Source: Chloroflexota bacterium
Lineage (GTDB): Bacteria; Chloroflexota; Limnocylindria; Limnocylindrales; CSP1-4
Assembly (NCBI GenBank): GCA_046045415.1
Contig: JBJOLT010000015.1
Span: 5,988-69,987 of the forward strand
Direction: 5' to 3'
DNA: 64,000 bases
A program made the translations under genes and the position numbers. The notes beneath the pieces were generated by a model. That model saw only the letters and a list, made by a program, of their open reading frames with translations. It did not search any database and had not been told where the DNA came from. This document shows positions 16,926 to 26,973 of the stretch, one piece after another (position 1 is the stretch's first letter; every line of letters starts with the position of its first letter).

Positions 16926-18085
16926 CGTGTCGCCTCCTCGGCCTTCGCCGCGTCCCAGAGCCGGTCGAGCTCGTCGAAGTCGAGGTCGCGGAGCGCGACC
17001 CCGCGGCTCGCCGCCTGCCGCTCGACGCTCCGGAAGCGGCGGCGGAACTTCTCGTTCGCCGCCCGGAGCGCCGCCTCGGCCTCCACGCCGTGCCGCCGGG
17101 CGAGGTTGACGACGACCATGAGGAGGTCGCCGAGTTCCTCGCGGCGGTGCTCGTGCCCGTCGGCGTCGAGGACCTCGCCGAGCTCCTCGCGCACCTTCTC
17201 GACGATCCCGTCGACGGTGGGCCAGTCGTAGCCGAGCGAGGCGGCCCGCTCCTGCATCTCCTGGCTCGCGGCGAGCGCCGGCATCGCCCGGCTGATCCCG
17301 TCGAGCGCGCTCTTCGGCGGCGCGGCGCTCCCCGCCTCGTCGGCCGCGGCGCTCGCCGCCTCGGCGGCCCGCCGCTCGTCCGCCTTGATCCGCTCCCACT
17401 GGCGGTTGACGTCGGACGAGGTCTCGGCGACCGCGTCGGCGAAGACGTGGGGGTGGCGGCGGACGATCTTCCGCCCGAGCGTCTCCCAGACGTCGGCGAG
17501 GTCGAAGACCCCGGCCTCCGCGGCGATCTCCGCATGGAGGACGACCTGGAGGAGGAGGTCGCCGAGCTCCTCGGCGAGCGCCGGGGTGGACCCGCGCTCC
17601 AGCGCGTCGTAGACCTCGTACGCCTCCTCGAGGAGGTGCTTGCGGAGCGACTCGTGCGTCTGCTCGCGATCCCACGGGCAGCCGTCCGGGGCCCGGAGCC
17701 GGTGGGAGATCCACGGGAGCGCCCACGGTCCGGTGGGCCCCTCGTCCACCGGGAGCGGGGCGAGGTAGACGGGCGCCGCGAGATCGCCGGCCGCCAGCTC
17801 CCCGACGGTCGTCGGCTCCGGCTGTCCGAACCGTCCCACCGGGTGGCCGCCCGGGTAGAGGCGGCGGAGGAGGGCGAGCGGGTCGGTCGCCCGCGGCCCG
17901 TGGCGGCCCGGGAGCGGCCCGGCGGACGTGGGCTCGCCTCCGAGGAGCGCGAGCGGGACGACGACGAGCGGGCGGGACGGCTCGATCGGGATCGCGGCGA
18001 GCTGCTCGGCAGGGGCGATCTGGAGCCCGGCGGCGGGGTCGAGCCCCCACCGGAGGCGCGCCTCGCGGACGAGCGCGTCGAGCAC
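16922..18085 (-). CDS. mazG: MazG-family nucleoside triphosphate pyrophosphohydrolase with an N-terminal extension
   Basis: 387 aa with two MazG repeats ([34 protein letters not shown], then [25 protein letters not shown]). Confidence 0.85.
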   Translation of the reverse strand: MLDALVREARLRWGLDPAAGLQIAPAEQLAAIPIEPSRPLVVVPLALLGGEPTSAGPLPGRHGPRATDPLALLRRLYPGGHPVGRFGQPEPTTVGELAAGDLAAPVYLAPLPVDEGPTGPWALPWISHRLRAPDGCPWDREQTHESLRKHLLEEAYEVYDALERGSTPALAEELGDLLLQVVLHAEIAAEAGVFDLADVWETLGRKIVRRHPHVFADAVAETSSDVNRQWERIKADERRAAEAASAAADEAGSAAPPKSALDGISRAMPALAASQEMQERAASLGYDWPTVDGIVEKVREELGEVLDADGHEHRREELGDLLMVVVNLARRHGVEAEAALRAANEKFRRRFRSVERQAASRGVALRDLDFDELDRLWDAAKAEEATR

Positions 18086-18094
18086 CGACGCGAC

Positions 18095-19819
18095 CTAGAT
18101 CAGGTCCGTCGGGAAGGGCTCGACCGTGATCTCGGCGCCGGCCTTCTGCTCGTCGTACCAGTTCCGGAAGGCGTTCGCGCGGAGCGTCGCGATCTGGTCG
18201 CCCTCGGGCTTCCTCGTGGCCTCCTCGGCGACGAGGAAGATCGTCCAGCCGCTCGAGGACTCGAGGACCTCGCTGACCGACCCGATCGGCGCGGCGAAGA
18301 TCGCCGTCTCGAGCTCCTGCTCGATCTGGCCCTTCGCGATCCAGCCCATGTCGCCGCCGCGCGTCGCATCGTCGCCCTCGGAGCTCTCGCGTGCGATCGC
18401 CGCGAAGTCCGCACCGGGTGCGCTCGCCTGCGTCCGGAGCGTCGCGATCCGCTCGGCGCCGGCCGCACGACGTCCCTCGTACCGGATCACGTGCCAGCCG
18501 AACGACGAGCGGACCGGGGCGAGGATCTGTCCTTCCGCGAGCCCGTCGGCGAAGATCGCCGCCCCGAACGCCGGGTCGACGTCCGCCTCGGCGAACCAGG
18601 GGAGGTCCCCGCCGTTCGCACCGGAGCCCTTGTCGTCGCTCTGCGAGGTCGCGAGCTCCGCGAAGCGCGACGGGTCGGCGACGAGCTGCTCGTAGACGGT
18701 GTTCGCCGACGCCTCGGCCGCCGCCCACGCGGGATCGCCGGAGGAGAAGCTGCCGGAGGCGCTCGGATCGCCGCCGGGCGAGAAGAGGATGTGCGACGAC
18801 TTCGCCTGCTCGACGGCCGCAGCGGAGGGATCGCCCTGGACGACGATCCGGCTGACGCGCCGCTGGACCGTCTCGCTCTCGACCGCGTCGGCGGTGATCT
18901 TGTCCTCGAGAGCGGTCCGGGCGAGCTCGCCGCGGAGGAGCTCGCGGTACGCCTCGATCGGGATGTCGGCGTCCTCGATCGCCTGCTGGTAGTTCGGGTC
19001 GACCTGCGACGCGACGATCTCGGTCACGCGGCCGATCCGGTAGGTCCCCTCGAACGCCTCGATCACGTCGGTGATCCCGTCCTTCTCGAGCGCGAAGAGC
19101 GCGGTGAGGAAGGGGTCCGGCTCGTCCGTCAGCGAGACGTAGCCGAGGTCGCCGCCGTTCGCGGCGCTCGGATCGGTGGAGACGGCGGTCGCGACCTCCT
19201 CCCACGCCTTCCCGGCGCGGACGTCGGCGAGCGCCTGCTCGGCCCGCTTCCGGGCGTCCTCGGCGGTGTCGCCCGAGGTCCCCGAGGCGGTGACCGAGAT
19301 GAGCCACGCCTTCCGGACCTCCGGCGCGGTCGCCTCCTTCAGGAGGGCCGCGTCGACCGCCTCGTCGGTCACCCCGACCCCCTCGCGCTCGGCGAGCTGG
19401 ATCCGGAGCGTGGAGTCGACGAGGTCCTCGAGCGAGGAGTCGGGGAGGAGCTGCGACTTGATCTGGAGATCCTGGAACTGCGCGTCCGCCTGGGCCTGGC
19501 TGATCCGCCCGGCGCTCAGCGCGTTCTGGACGTTCGACGAGAGCCGCTGGAGCCGCCACGTGTCGGCGAGGACGCGGTGGCGGAGGTCGTCCTTCGTCAG
19601 CGTCTCGCCGTTCACGACGGCGACGGTGCTGAAGTGGTCGCTCCAGTACGACGCGACGCCGGCGCCGACGAGGAGGACGACGCCGAGGATCGTCGAGCCG
19701 ACGAGGAAGAGGTTGACGTAGAGGGTCCGGCGGGCGCCGTGGTCGATCGGCTGGCGGGGCCGCCGGGCGGCGGGCGTGGGTCGAAGGCTCATGCGGTTCG
19801 GGGTCCCTGTTCGTCGCAC
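18095..19819 (-). CDS. Membrane-anchored parvulin-type peptidyl-prolyl isomerase (PrsA/SurA-like, multi-domain)
   Basis: 574 aa with one N-terminal TM segment. GGDLGYV, GGDLPWF and GGDMGWI rotamase-type motifs recur. Alternative start at ATG 19792. Confidence 0.8.
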   Translation of the reverse strand: MRRTGTPNRMSLRPTPAARRPRQPIDHGARRTLYVNLFLVGSTILGVVLLVGAGVASYWSDHFSTVAVVNGETLTKDDLRHRVLADTWRLQRLSSNVQNALSAGRISQAQADAQFQDLQIKSQLLPDSSLEDLVDSTLRIQLAEREGVGVTDEAVDAALLKEATAPEVRKAWLISVTASGTSGDTAEDARKRAEQALADVRAGKAWEEVATAVSTDPSAANGGDLGYVSLTDEPDPFLTALFALEKDGITDVIEAFEGTYRIGRVTEIVASQVDPNYQQAIEDADIPIEAYRELLRGELARTALEDKITADAVESETVQRRVSRIVVQGDPSAAAVEQAKSSHILFSPGGDPSASGSFSSGDPAWAAAEASANTVYEQLVADPSRFAELATSQSDDKGSGANGGDLPWFAEADVDPAFGAAIFADGLAEGQILAPVRSSFGWHVIRYEGRRAAGAERIATLRTQASAPGADFAAIARESSEGDDATRGGDMGWIAKGQIEQELETAIFAAPIGSVSEVLESSSGWTIFLVAEEATRKPEGDQIATLRANAFRNWYDEQKAGAEITVEPFPTDLI

Positions 19820-19864
19820 GGCGGGGGGAGGCCGGCGGAGGTGGTGGTCGAGATCGGTCGCATG

Positions 19865-21166
19865 CTACCGCATCGACCAGCCGGCGCCGAGCCTGAGGAC
19901 CTGACGCGGGCGGAGCTGCCGGCCGCGGGAGGTGTTCGTCGTGTCGACGACGAGCGAGGCCGTCGCATAGACCGCCGCCCAGTCGATCGCGGCATGGGGC
20001 GTGAGCGCCACGACGACATCCGATCCGGCGAGGAGCGGCTCGAGCGCCGTCGAGGTCCGCTCGGTCCCGGCGGCATCGGCGAAGCGAGGGACGTGCGGGT
20101 CGTGGTACTCGACCGCCGCGCCGCGCTCGGCGAGGAGCGCGATCACGTCCGCCGCCGGCGAGTTCCGGGGATCCCGGACGTCGGCCTTGAAGGCGACCCC
20201 GAGGACCCCCACCCGCGCTCCCTTGAGGGCGCGGCCGCGGTCGTTCAGCGCCTCGGCGACGAGGTCCGCGACGTGGCGCGGCATCGCGAGGTTGATGTCG
20301 CCGGCGAGCTCGACGAACCGGTCGACGAAGTCGAACTCGCGGGCCCGCCACGAGAGGTAGTAGGGATCGACCGGGATGCAGTGGCCGCCGACCCCCGGCC
20401 CGGGCCGGAACGGCATGAAGCCGAACGGCTTCGTCGCCGCCCCGTCGATCACCTCCCAGACGTCGAGCCCCATCCGCTCGCAGAGGAGGGCGAGCTGGTT
20501 GACGAGCGCGATGTTCACGTTCCGGAAGACGTTCTCGAGGAGCTTGGCGAGCTCGGCCGCGTCGGGCGAGCTCATCTCGACGACCGTCGCGTTGATCCGG
20601 CGGAGGAGCGTCGCCGCCCGGGCGGTCGCCGCGGGTCCGAGGCCGCCGACGAGCCGCGGGACGTCGCGCCGCGCGCTCGCCGGGTCGCCGGGGTTCACCC
20701 GCTCGGGTGCGAAGGCGAGGTCGAAGTCCCGGCCCGCGGCGAGTCCGCCCGCCTCGAGCGCGGCCCGGAACGGGCCGGTCGTCGTCCCGGGGAAGGTCGT
20801 CGACTGGAGGACGACGAGCTGGCCTCGCCGGAGCGAGCCGCGGACGAGCGCGGCGGCCGAGAGGACCGGCTCGAGATCGGGGTCCTTCGAGCGGGTGATC
20901 GGCGTGGGGACGCAGACGAAGAGCCCGTCGACCGCCCCGAGGTCGGCATCGTCGACGTGGGCGATCGACAGGCCGGTCCCGAGCGCCGCCCGGAGCCGCG
21001 CGTCGTCGACGTCGTCGATCGGCGAACGTCCCGCCGCCAGCTCGGCGACGCGCTCGCGGCTCGCATCGACGCCGACGACCTCGAGGCCCGCCTCGACGAA
21101 CGAGATCGCGAGCGGGAGCCCGACGTAGCCGAGCCCGACGATCGCGAGGCGCTGGTCGGCGGTCAT
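19865..21166 (-). CDS. UDP-glucose/GDP-mannose dehydrogenase-family nucleotide-sugar dehydrogenase (copy 1, WecC/TviB-like)
   Basis: 433 aa with [30 protein letters not shown] and [13 protein letters not shown] at 21166 overlaps the upstream GT stop (ATGA). Confidence 0.85.
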   Translation of the reverse strand: MTADQRLAIVGLGYVGLPLAISFVEAGLEVVGVDASRERVAELAAGRSPIDDVDDARLRAALGTGLSIAHVDDADLGAVDGLFVCVPTPITRSKDPDLEPVLSAAALVRGSLRRGQLVVLQSTTFPGTTTGPFRAALEAGGLAAGRDFDLAFAPERVNPGDPASARRDVPRLVGGLGPAATARAATLLRRINATVVEMSSPDAAELAKLLENVFRNVNIALVNQLALLCERMGLDVWEVIDGAATKPFGFMPFRPGPGVGGHCIPVDPYYLSWRAREFDFVDRFVELAGDINLAMPRHVADLVAEALNDRGRALKGARVGVLGVAFKADVRDPRNSPAADVIALLAERGAAVEYHDPHVPRFADAAGTERTSTALEPLLAGSDVVVALTPHAAIDWAAVYATASLVVDTTNTSRGRQLRPRQVLRLGAGWSMR

Positions 21167-22380
21167 CCGGACGAGGATACCGGACGTCCCGGGCCGCTCA
21201 TCAGGCGATCGACGACCGCGAGGTAGCGCGGCGCCTCCGCCTCCCACGAGCGCTCCCGGGCGAGCGCGAGCGTCCGTCCGACCCGCGCCGCCCGCGCCTC
21301 GGGCTCGTCGACGAGCGAGAGGATCGCGGCGGCCATCGCGGCGGCGTCCCCCGGCTCGTACGCGAGGACGCTCCCGGGCGGGCAGGTCGCCTCGACCATC
21401 GGGAGCCGGGTCGCGACGACCGGCTTCCCCATCGCCGCGTACTCGAAGATCTTCGTGGAGAGGCTGACGTCCGTGAAGGCGTCGCGGCGGGTCGGGGCGA
21501 GCCCGACGTCGGCGGCCGCGAGGACGGCGGGGACCTCCTCGAGCGGGATCCGGCCGTGGAGGCGGACGCGGTCGGCGATCCCGCGCGCGGCGGCGAGGGC
21601 GGCGAGCGCGGGGGCGGTGTCGCCCCGGCCGTAGATGTCGAACACGAGCGCGAGCTCCGGGCGCCGCTCGCGGATGAGCGCGACCGCCTCGACGGCCACG
21701 TCGACCTCGTAGGTCGGCGTGAGGGCGCCCGCGTAGACGAGCCGGAGCGTCCCGTCGGCCATGAACGCGCGGACCGGATGGGCCGCGGGGTCGAAGCGGG
21801 CGAGGGCGGCGAGGTTCCGGACGACGCTCACCTTCCGCACCGGGACGCCGGCGGCGAGGAGCCGCGCCTCCAGCGCCTCGTTCACGACGAGGACCTCCGA
21901 TGCGATCGCGACGGCGAGCCGCTCCTGGAGGACGAGGAGCGCGTGGGCGACGGGGTTCGCGGCCGCCGGGAAGCGGCTCCGGAAGAACTCGGGCATCGCC
22001 TCGTGGAAGTCGACGAGGAGCGGGACCCCGGCGAGCCGGAGCGGGAGCGCCGCGGCCGCGAGCAGGTCGGGGATCGTGTGGACCTGGACGAGCCCGTACC
22101 GGCGGCGGCGGTGCGCCCGGACGAGCGCGATCGTCGAGCGGACGAGGAAGTCGAGGTACTCGGCGGCGTACCGGCCGATCCCCGCCCCCTGGTGGCGCTG
22201 GACCCCGAGCCGGGCGACCCGGACCCCGGCGATCGTCGCCTCCGACGGCTCCCCCGGCCGCCGGAGCGCGATGACGTCGACCTCGCGGCCGGCGGCGACG
22301 AGCGCCTCGGCCTCGCGCCTGACGCGCGGATCCTCGTCGTAGTACGAGTGGACGATCATGCAGACCGGCGGGCGGCTCAC
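21163..22380 (-). CDS. Glycosyltransferase, GT4-type (GT-B fold)
   Basis: 405 aa with a C-terminal [17 protein letters not shown] motif. GTG start at 22380 or ATG at 22359. Confidence 0.85.
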   Translation of the reverse strand: MSRPPVCMIVHSYYDEDPRVRREAEALVAAGREVDVIALRRPGEPSEATIAGVRVARLGVQRHQGAGIGRYAAEYLDFLVRSTIALVRAHRRRRYGLVQVHTIPDLLAAAALPLRLAGVPLLVDFHEAMPEFFRSRFPAAANPVAHALLVLQERLAVAIASEVLVVNEALEARLLAAGVPVRKVSVVRNLAALARFDPAAHPVRAFMADGTLRLVYAGALTPTYEVDVAVEAVALIRERRPELALVFDIYGRGDTAPALAALAAARGIADRVRLHGRIPLEEVPAVLAAADVGLAPTRRDAFTDVSLSTKIFEYAAMGKPVVATRLPMVEATCPPGSVLAYEPGDAAAMAAAILSLVDEPEARAARVGRTLALARERSWEAEAPRYLAVVDRLMSGPGRPVSSSG

Positions 22381-22440
22381 CCGCTGATGCTATCGGCTCG
22401 GCCGCCGCCACCGTGCGGGGGCGTGCTACCGTGCGCGCCG

Positions 22441-23334
22441 ATGGAGAGAAGCCCCGCGCCGGCCGCCGAGGACGGCGTCGCGCTCCGCTCGACCGCCGAC
22501 CGGCCGGGACCGCTCGGGCTGATCCGCGAGGCGATCGCCGAGACCGCGTCCCGCCGCCGGCTGATCCGCTACCTCGTCCAGGCGGACCTGAAGAAGAAGG
22601 GGTCGGACACCCTCCTCGGGAACGTCTGGTGGATCCTCGACCCGCTCCTCCAGATGGCGGTCTACGTCGTCCTCGTCACCGTCATCTTCCAGCGGACGGT
22701 CCCGGACTACCCGCTCTTCATCTTCGCGGCGATCCTCCCGTGGAAGTGGTACACGAGCAGCGTGAGCGACGCGATCGGCTCGGTCGTCGGCCAGGAGCGG
22801 CTCATCAAGCAGATCCACTTCCCGAAGCTGATCCTCCCGACCGCGACGACGGTCGCGGGGATCGCGAACTTCGGCTTCGGGCTCGTCGCCCTCGCCGGGC
22901 TCCTCGTCGTCTTCTACGCGGACCGCGCGTCGCCGTACCTCCTCCTCCTCCCGGCGATCGCCGCGGTCCAGCTCGTCCTGACGCTCGCGGTCGCGTACGT
23001 CGTCTCCGCCGTGAACGTCTTCTTCCGCGACGTCGCGAACGTGAGCCGGCACGCGCTCCGGATCTGGTTCTACCTCTCGCCCGGGCTCTACGGCGCCGAC
23101 GCGATCGAGGCGCTCAGCGAGACGAACCCGCTCGTCGCCGACCTCATGCGGCTCAACCCGTTCTACACGCTCTTCGAGTCGTACCGGGCGGTGATCTACG
23201 GGACGGCGGCCGGCGGGCCGACGAGCCCGCCGTGGGCGGAGCTCGCCGCGTGGGGCCTCGGTTCGGTCGTCCTCCTCGCGCTCGCGACGTTCGTCTTCAA
23301 GCGGCTCGAGCCCGCGTTCGCGAAGGTCCTCTGA
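22441..23334 (+). CDS. ABC-2 type polysaccharide/teichoic-acid exporter permease (Wzm/TagG-like)
   Basis: 297 aa with DLKKKGSDTLLGNVWWILDPLLQM and 6 predicted TM segments. It is the internal part of ORF 21556..23334. Confidence 0.85.
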   Translation: MERSPAPAAEDGVALRSTADRPGPLGLIREAIAETASRRRLIRYLVQADLKKKGSDTLLGNVWWILDPLLQMAVYVVLVTVIFQRTVPDYPLFIFAAILPWKWYTSSVSDAIGSVVGQERLIKQIHFPKLILPTATTVAGIANFGFGLVALAGLLVVFYADRASPYLLLLPAIAAVQLVLTLAVAYVVSAVNVFFRDVANVSRHALRIWFYLSPGLYGADAIEALSETNPLVADLMRLNPFYTLFESYRAVIYGTAAGGPTSPPWAELAAWGLGSVVLLALATFVFKRLEPAFAKVL

Positions 23335-24179
23335 TGGCCGACGAGCGACTCCATCCCGACGCGGTCGACGCGACCGCCCCGACGGTGATCGACGTCCATG
23401 GGCTCGGCGTCCGCTACAGCCTTCGGCTGACCCGTCGGAACACCGTCCGGCAGTCCTTCGCGAACCTGCTGAAGCCGCGCGAGGGCCCGACCGACTTCTG
23501 GGCGCTCCGCGACGTGACGTTCCGGCTGATGCGGGGCGAGTCGCTCGCGGTGATCGGGCCGAACGGCGCCGGGAAGTCGACGCTCCTCCAGGCGCTCGCC
23601 GGGATCATCACGCCGTCCGAGGGGGAGATCGCCGTCCGCGGCCAGATCTCGAGCCTCCTGACGCTCGGCGCCGGCTTCGACGCGGAGCTGAGCGGGCGCG
23701 ACAACATCATGCTCGCCGGCGCGTTCATGGGGATGGACCACCGGGAGATCGAGCGGCGGATCGACGGGATCATCGCGTTCGCGGACATCGGCCAGTTCAT
23801 CGACGCCCCGATCAAGACGTACTCGTCCGGGATGCGGGCGCGGCTCGGCTTCTCGATCGCGACCTCGGTCGACCCGGACATCCTCCTCCTCGACGAGGTC
23901 CTCGCGACCGGCGACCAGGTCTTCCGGGCGAAGTCGCAGGCGCGGGTCCTCGAGCTCGTCCGCGCGGCGAAGGGGATCGTCCTCGTGACCCACGACATGA
24001 ACTGGGTGACCGAGTTCTGCAACCGGGCGCTCCTCCTCGAGGGAGGCCGGATCGTCGCCGAGGGGGATCCGGCGGAGATCGTCGCGATCCACCGCGAGCA
24101 CTCCGAGCGGGTGAAGGCCGAGAAGCTCGCCGAGGCGGCGCGGCTCCTCGCGGGCGCGCGCGAGGGCGGCGGCCGCTAG
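23334..24179 (+). CDS. Polysaccharide/teichoic-acid exporter ATP-binding protein (Wzt/TagH-like, short form)
   Basis: 281 aa with Walker A GPNGAGKST, YSSGMRARLGF and LLLDEVLATGD. The ATG overlaps the permease stop (TGATG). There is no C-terminal carbohydrate-binding extension. Confidence 0.9.
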   Translation: MADERLHPDAVDATAPTVIDVHGLGVRYSLRLTRRNTVRQSFANLLKPREGPTDFWALRDVTFRLMRGESLAVIGPNGAGKSTLLQALAGIITPSEGEIAVRGQISSLLTLGAGFDAELSGRDNIMLAGAFMGMDHREIERRIDGIIAFADIGQFIDAPIKTYSSGMRARLGFSIATSVDPDILLLDEVLATGDQVFRAKSQARVLELVRAAKGIVLVTHDMNWVTEFCNRALLLEGGRIVAEGDPAEIVAIHREHSERVKAEKLAEAARLLAGAREGGGR

Positions 24180-25579
24180 GCCGGGACCGGCGGGCGCCCG
24201 CCCGCGGGCGGCGGGGCGTCAAGAGGCGGCGGCGCGTCGCGGGGCGGCGGGGGGACGAGCCGTGCCGCGAGCGCGAGGTACGGGACGACGGCGGTCTCCC
24301 AGTTGTACCGCTCCCTGGCGGCGGCGAGCGCGCGGGCCCGCATCGCCTCGCGCTCGTCCGACGGGGCCTCGAGGACCGCTCGGAGCGCCCGCCGCAGGTC
24401 GGCGACGTCGCCCGGGTCCGCGACCGCGCCGATCCGCTCCGCCTCGAGGATCGAGCGCATCACCTCGAGGTCGCGGCCGAGGACGATCGGGGTCCCCGCG
24501 GCGAGCGACTCCCAGAACTTGTTCGGCGTCGAGAGCCGCTGGTTCAGCGAGCCCGCGGGGACGGCGATGATCGTCGCGTCGGCGGAGGCGGTCCAGGCCG
24601 GGACGTCGTCGGGGTGCACCGGCGGGAGCGTCACGTGGCGGCCGGCGTAGCGCGGGTCGCGGTCGCGCTCGCGGAGCCGCTCCGCCCACGGCCCGAAGCC
24701 CAGCATGACGAGCGCCGCGTCCTCGAGGCCGAGGACCGCCTCGGCGGCCTCCTCGAGCCCGCGCTCTCGGCCGAGCCGCCCGAGCCAGAGGACGACGCGC
24801 CGCTCCGGCGGGAGTCCGGCCGCCGCGCGGATGAGGTCGGGCCGGCGCGCGGGCGGGTCCCATCGCGGCTGGCAGTTCGCGAGGACGGTCGGGCGGGTCC
24901 GGACCGGCCAGGTCGCCGCGAGGTGGTCGGCGAGCGGCTCGTTCACGGTCACGACCGCGTCGGCGCGCCGGACCCAGCCCCGCTCCCGTGCCGCGTAGGC
25001 GGCGACGAGCGGGCGCGGCAGCCCGGCGACGTTGTTCGACTCGAGGATCACGTCGATCACGTCGTAGACGACCCGGCCCTCGCGGCCCGCGCGGCGCGCG
25101 GCCGCGGCGAGCGGGAGCGCCACCCCGACGGTGAGGATCCCGCACGCGTGGTAGAGATCGGCCGGCGGCAGCTCCGCGCGGAGCGCCGCCCACCAGCCGC
25201 GGGCGTTGAGCGGCCAGGCGAGCGCCTTGGCGGCGACGTCGACGAGCCGTCGGATCGCCGCGAGCGGCCCGCGCCGACGGCCGCGCGAGCCGGTGGCGGC
25301 GCCGACCGCGTACCGGGCGAACGGGCCGCGCGGACGGTAGCGGCGGATGACGACCCCGGAGCGGCCGTCACGCTCCGTCTCGGGGACCTCGGGGCGCGCG
25401 GCCTCCGCGAGCGCGGCGATCTCCACCTCGAACCCGGCCCCCTCGAGACTCCGGGCGACGCGGAGGCCGCGCGAATAGGGAGCGGCGGCGTTCGCGACGA
25501 GGACGACGGCGCGCCGCACGGGCGGGGGCGCCGGCGGCGGGGCGACCGGGCGGGGGGCGCGACCGGCGGGGCCGCTCAC
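24176..25579 (-). CDS. Glycosyltransferase, tandem paralog A (GT-B fold)
   Basis: This is the C-terminal part of ORF 24176..26698. It contains VYDVIDVILESNN and SLNQRLSTPNKFWESLAAGTPIV. GTG at 25579 overlaps the paralog B stop (GTGA). Alternative GTG at 25519. Confidence 0.8.
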   Translation of the reverse strand: MSGPAGRAPRPVAPPPAPPPVRRAVVLVANAAAPYSRGLRVARSLEGAGFEVEIAALAEAARPEVPETERDGRSGVVIRRYRPRGPFARYAVGAATGSRGRRRGPLAAIRRLVDVAAKALAWPLNARGWWAALRAELPPADLYHACGILTVGVALPLAAAARRAGREGRVVYDVIDVILESNNVAGLPRPLVAAYAARERGWVRRADAVVTVNEPLADHLAATWPVRTRPTVLANCQPRWDPPARRPDLIRAAAGLPPERRVVLWLGRLGRERGLEEAAEAVLGLEDAALVMLGFGPWAERLRERDRDPRYAGRHVTLPPVHPDDVPAWTASADATIIAVPAGSLNQRLSTPNKFWESLAAGTPIVLGRDLEVMRSILEAERIGAVADPGDVADLRRALRAVLEAPSDEREAMRARALAAARERYNWETAVVPYLALAARLVPPPPRDAPPPLDAPPPAGGRPPVPA

Positions 25580-26973
25580 CACGGCCGTCCGGTCAGACGC
25601 CCGTACTCCTCGACGAGGAGTCCCATCTGGCGTTCCCACGAGTACGGGCCGTGCGCCGCGGCGAGGGCGCGGTCGCGGAGCGCGCGCCGCTCCGCCGGCG
25701 GCGCGTCGAGGATCGCCCGGATCGCCGCCGCGATCGCCGCGGGGTCGGTGGGGTCGACGAGCCGGCCGCAGCCGGTCTCCCGGACGATCGCCGCCATCCC
25801 GGGGAGGTCGCTCGCGACGACCGGGACCCCGGCCGCCATCGCCTCGAAGAGCTTGTTCGGCGTCGTCAGCCGGTGGTTGAGCGTCGAGGGCTGGATCGGC
25901 ATCGCGACGACGTCGGCCGCCGCGACCCAGCCGAGGAGCTCCGCCGGCGGGACCGCGGGGAGGAGCCGGACGCGCCCGGCCGCGGGGCCGGCCGGATCCG
26001 CCGCGATCCGCTCCAGCTCCCCGGCGAGCGGCCCGTACCCGAGGAGGACGAGCACCGCGTCCGGGACCCCGCCGATCGCGGCGACGAGCTGCTCGATCCC
26101 GCGATGCGGCGCCAGCCCGCCCTGGTAGAGGACGACGCGCGTCCCGGCGGCGAGTCCGAGCGCTTCGTGGAAGCGGCGCACGGGCGGGTCGCCGGGGTCG
26201 AAGCGGTACGAGCAGTTCATGACGATCGCCGGGAGCGGGACGCCGAAGCGGTCGGCCATCACCTCCGCGTACGGCCGGTTGACCGTCATCACCCGGTCCG
26301 CGCGGCGGGCCCAGCCGCGCTCGACCCGGCCGAGGAGCCGGCGCGCCGGACCGGGGAGACGCGCGAGGTTGTTCGCATCGACGTAGATGTCGCGCGCGTC
26401 GTAGACGACCCGGCCGCCGCGGGCGGCGGCGACCGCGAGCGCGACCGGGATCCCCATGTACGCCATCCCGTGGACGACGTCGGCCGGTGGGGCGACCGCC
26501 CGGGCGGCACGTGCCTGGGACCGGACGGTGAGCGCGATCGCGGCGATCCGGACGGCGGCCGCCACCGCGCGCCGGAGCCGGCCGCGGGACGCGACGCGGG
26601 ATGGCGCGGCGGCCGCCACGCCCGTCGCCGCGGCGTCCGTCGCCGCCGCGTCCGTCGTCGCCGCGCCCGTCGCCGCGGCGCGTCGCCCGGAGCGCCACCG
26701 GGCGACGGCTCGCCGGATCGGGGCCGGGAGCGGAAGGCCGTCCGCGGCGGAGACGGGAAGACGGACGATCCGGTAGCCGGCCGGATCGCGCGCCTCGGCG
26801 GGGAGGCCCGGCGCGAGCCGCGCGAGGACGGTCACCTCGTGGCCGCGGGCGGCGAGCGCGCTCGCGATCCGGAAGGTCCGTGAGTCGAACTCGCCGGTCG
26901 TCGGGAGGACGATCGTGCAGCGCTGCGGGACCGGCGCGTTCGAGCCGTCCGCCGCGGCGCGTCCCCCGCTCAC
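25576..26973 (-). CDS. Glycosyltransferase, tandem paralog B (GT-B fold) with a low-complexity insert
   Basis: Contains VYDARDIYVDANN and STLNHRLTTPNKLFEAMAAGVPVV. GTG at 26973 overlaps the paralog C stop (GTGA). Confidence 0.8.
   Translation of the reverse strand: MSGGRAAADGSNAPVPQRCTIVLPTTGEFDSRTFRIASALAARGHEVTVLARLAPGLPAEARDPAGYRIVRLPVSAADGLPLPAPIRRAVARWRSGRRAAATGAATTDAAATDAAATGVAAAAPSRVASRGRLRRAVAAAVRIAAIALTVRSQARAARAVAPPADVVHGMAYMGIPVALAVAAARGGRVVYDARDIYVDANNLARLPGPARRLLGRVERGWARRADRVMTVNRPYAEVMADRFGVPLPAIVMNCSYRFDPGDPPVRRFHEALGLAAGTRVVLYQGGLAPHRGIEQLVAAIGGVPDAVLVLLGYGPLAGELERIAADPAGPAAGRVRLLPAVPPAELLGWVAAADVVAMPIQPSTLNHRLTTPNKLFEAMAAGVPVVASDLPGMAAIVRETGCGRLVDPTDPAAIAAAIRAILDAPPAERRALRDRALAAAHGPYSWERQMGLLVEEYGRLTGRPW
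26624..26683. repeat. Imperfect 15-nt tandem repeat (4 units) inside glycosyltransferase paralog B
   Basis: Units are gtcgccgcggcgtcc, gtcgccgccgcgtcc, gtcgtcgccgcgccc and gtcgccgcggcgcgt. They encode the T-(G/D)-A-A-(A/T) pentapeptide tract AATGAATTDAAATDAAATGVAAAA. Confidence 0.6.

Noticed and set aside
24176-26698. An 840-aa ORF that looks like one very large glycosyltransferase
   Set aside because: The N-terminal 370 aa are Arg/Pro/Gly junk read from an alternative frame of paralog B. The real gene starts at GTG 25579 (or 25519). Paralog B is a separate gene in another frame that ends at 25576.
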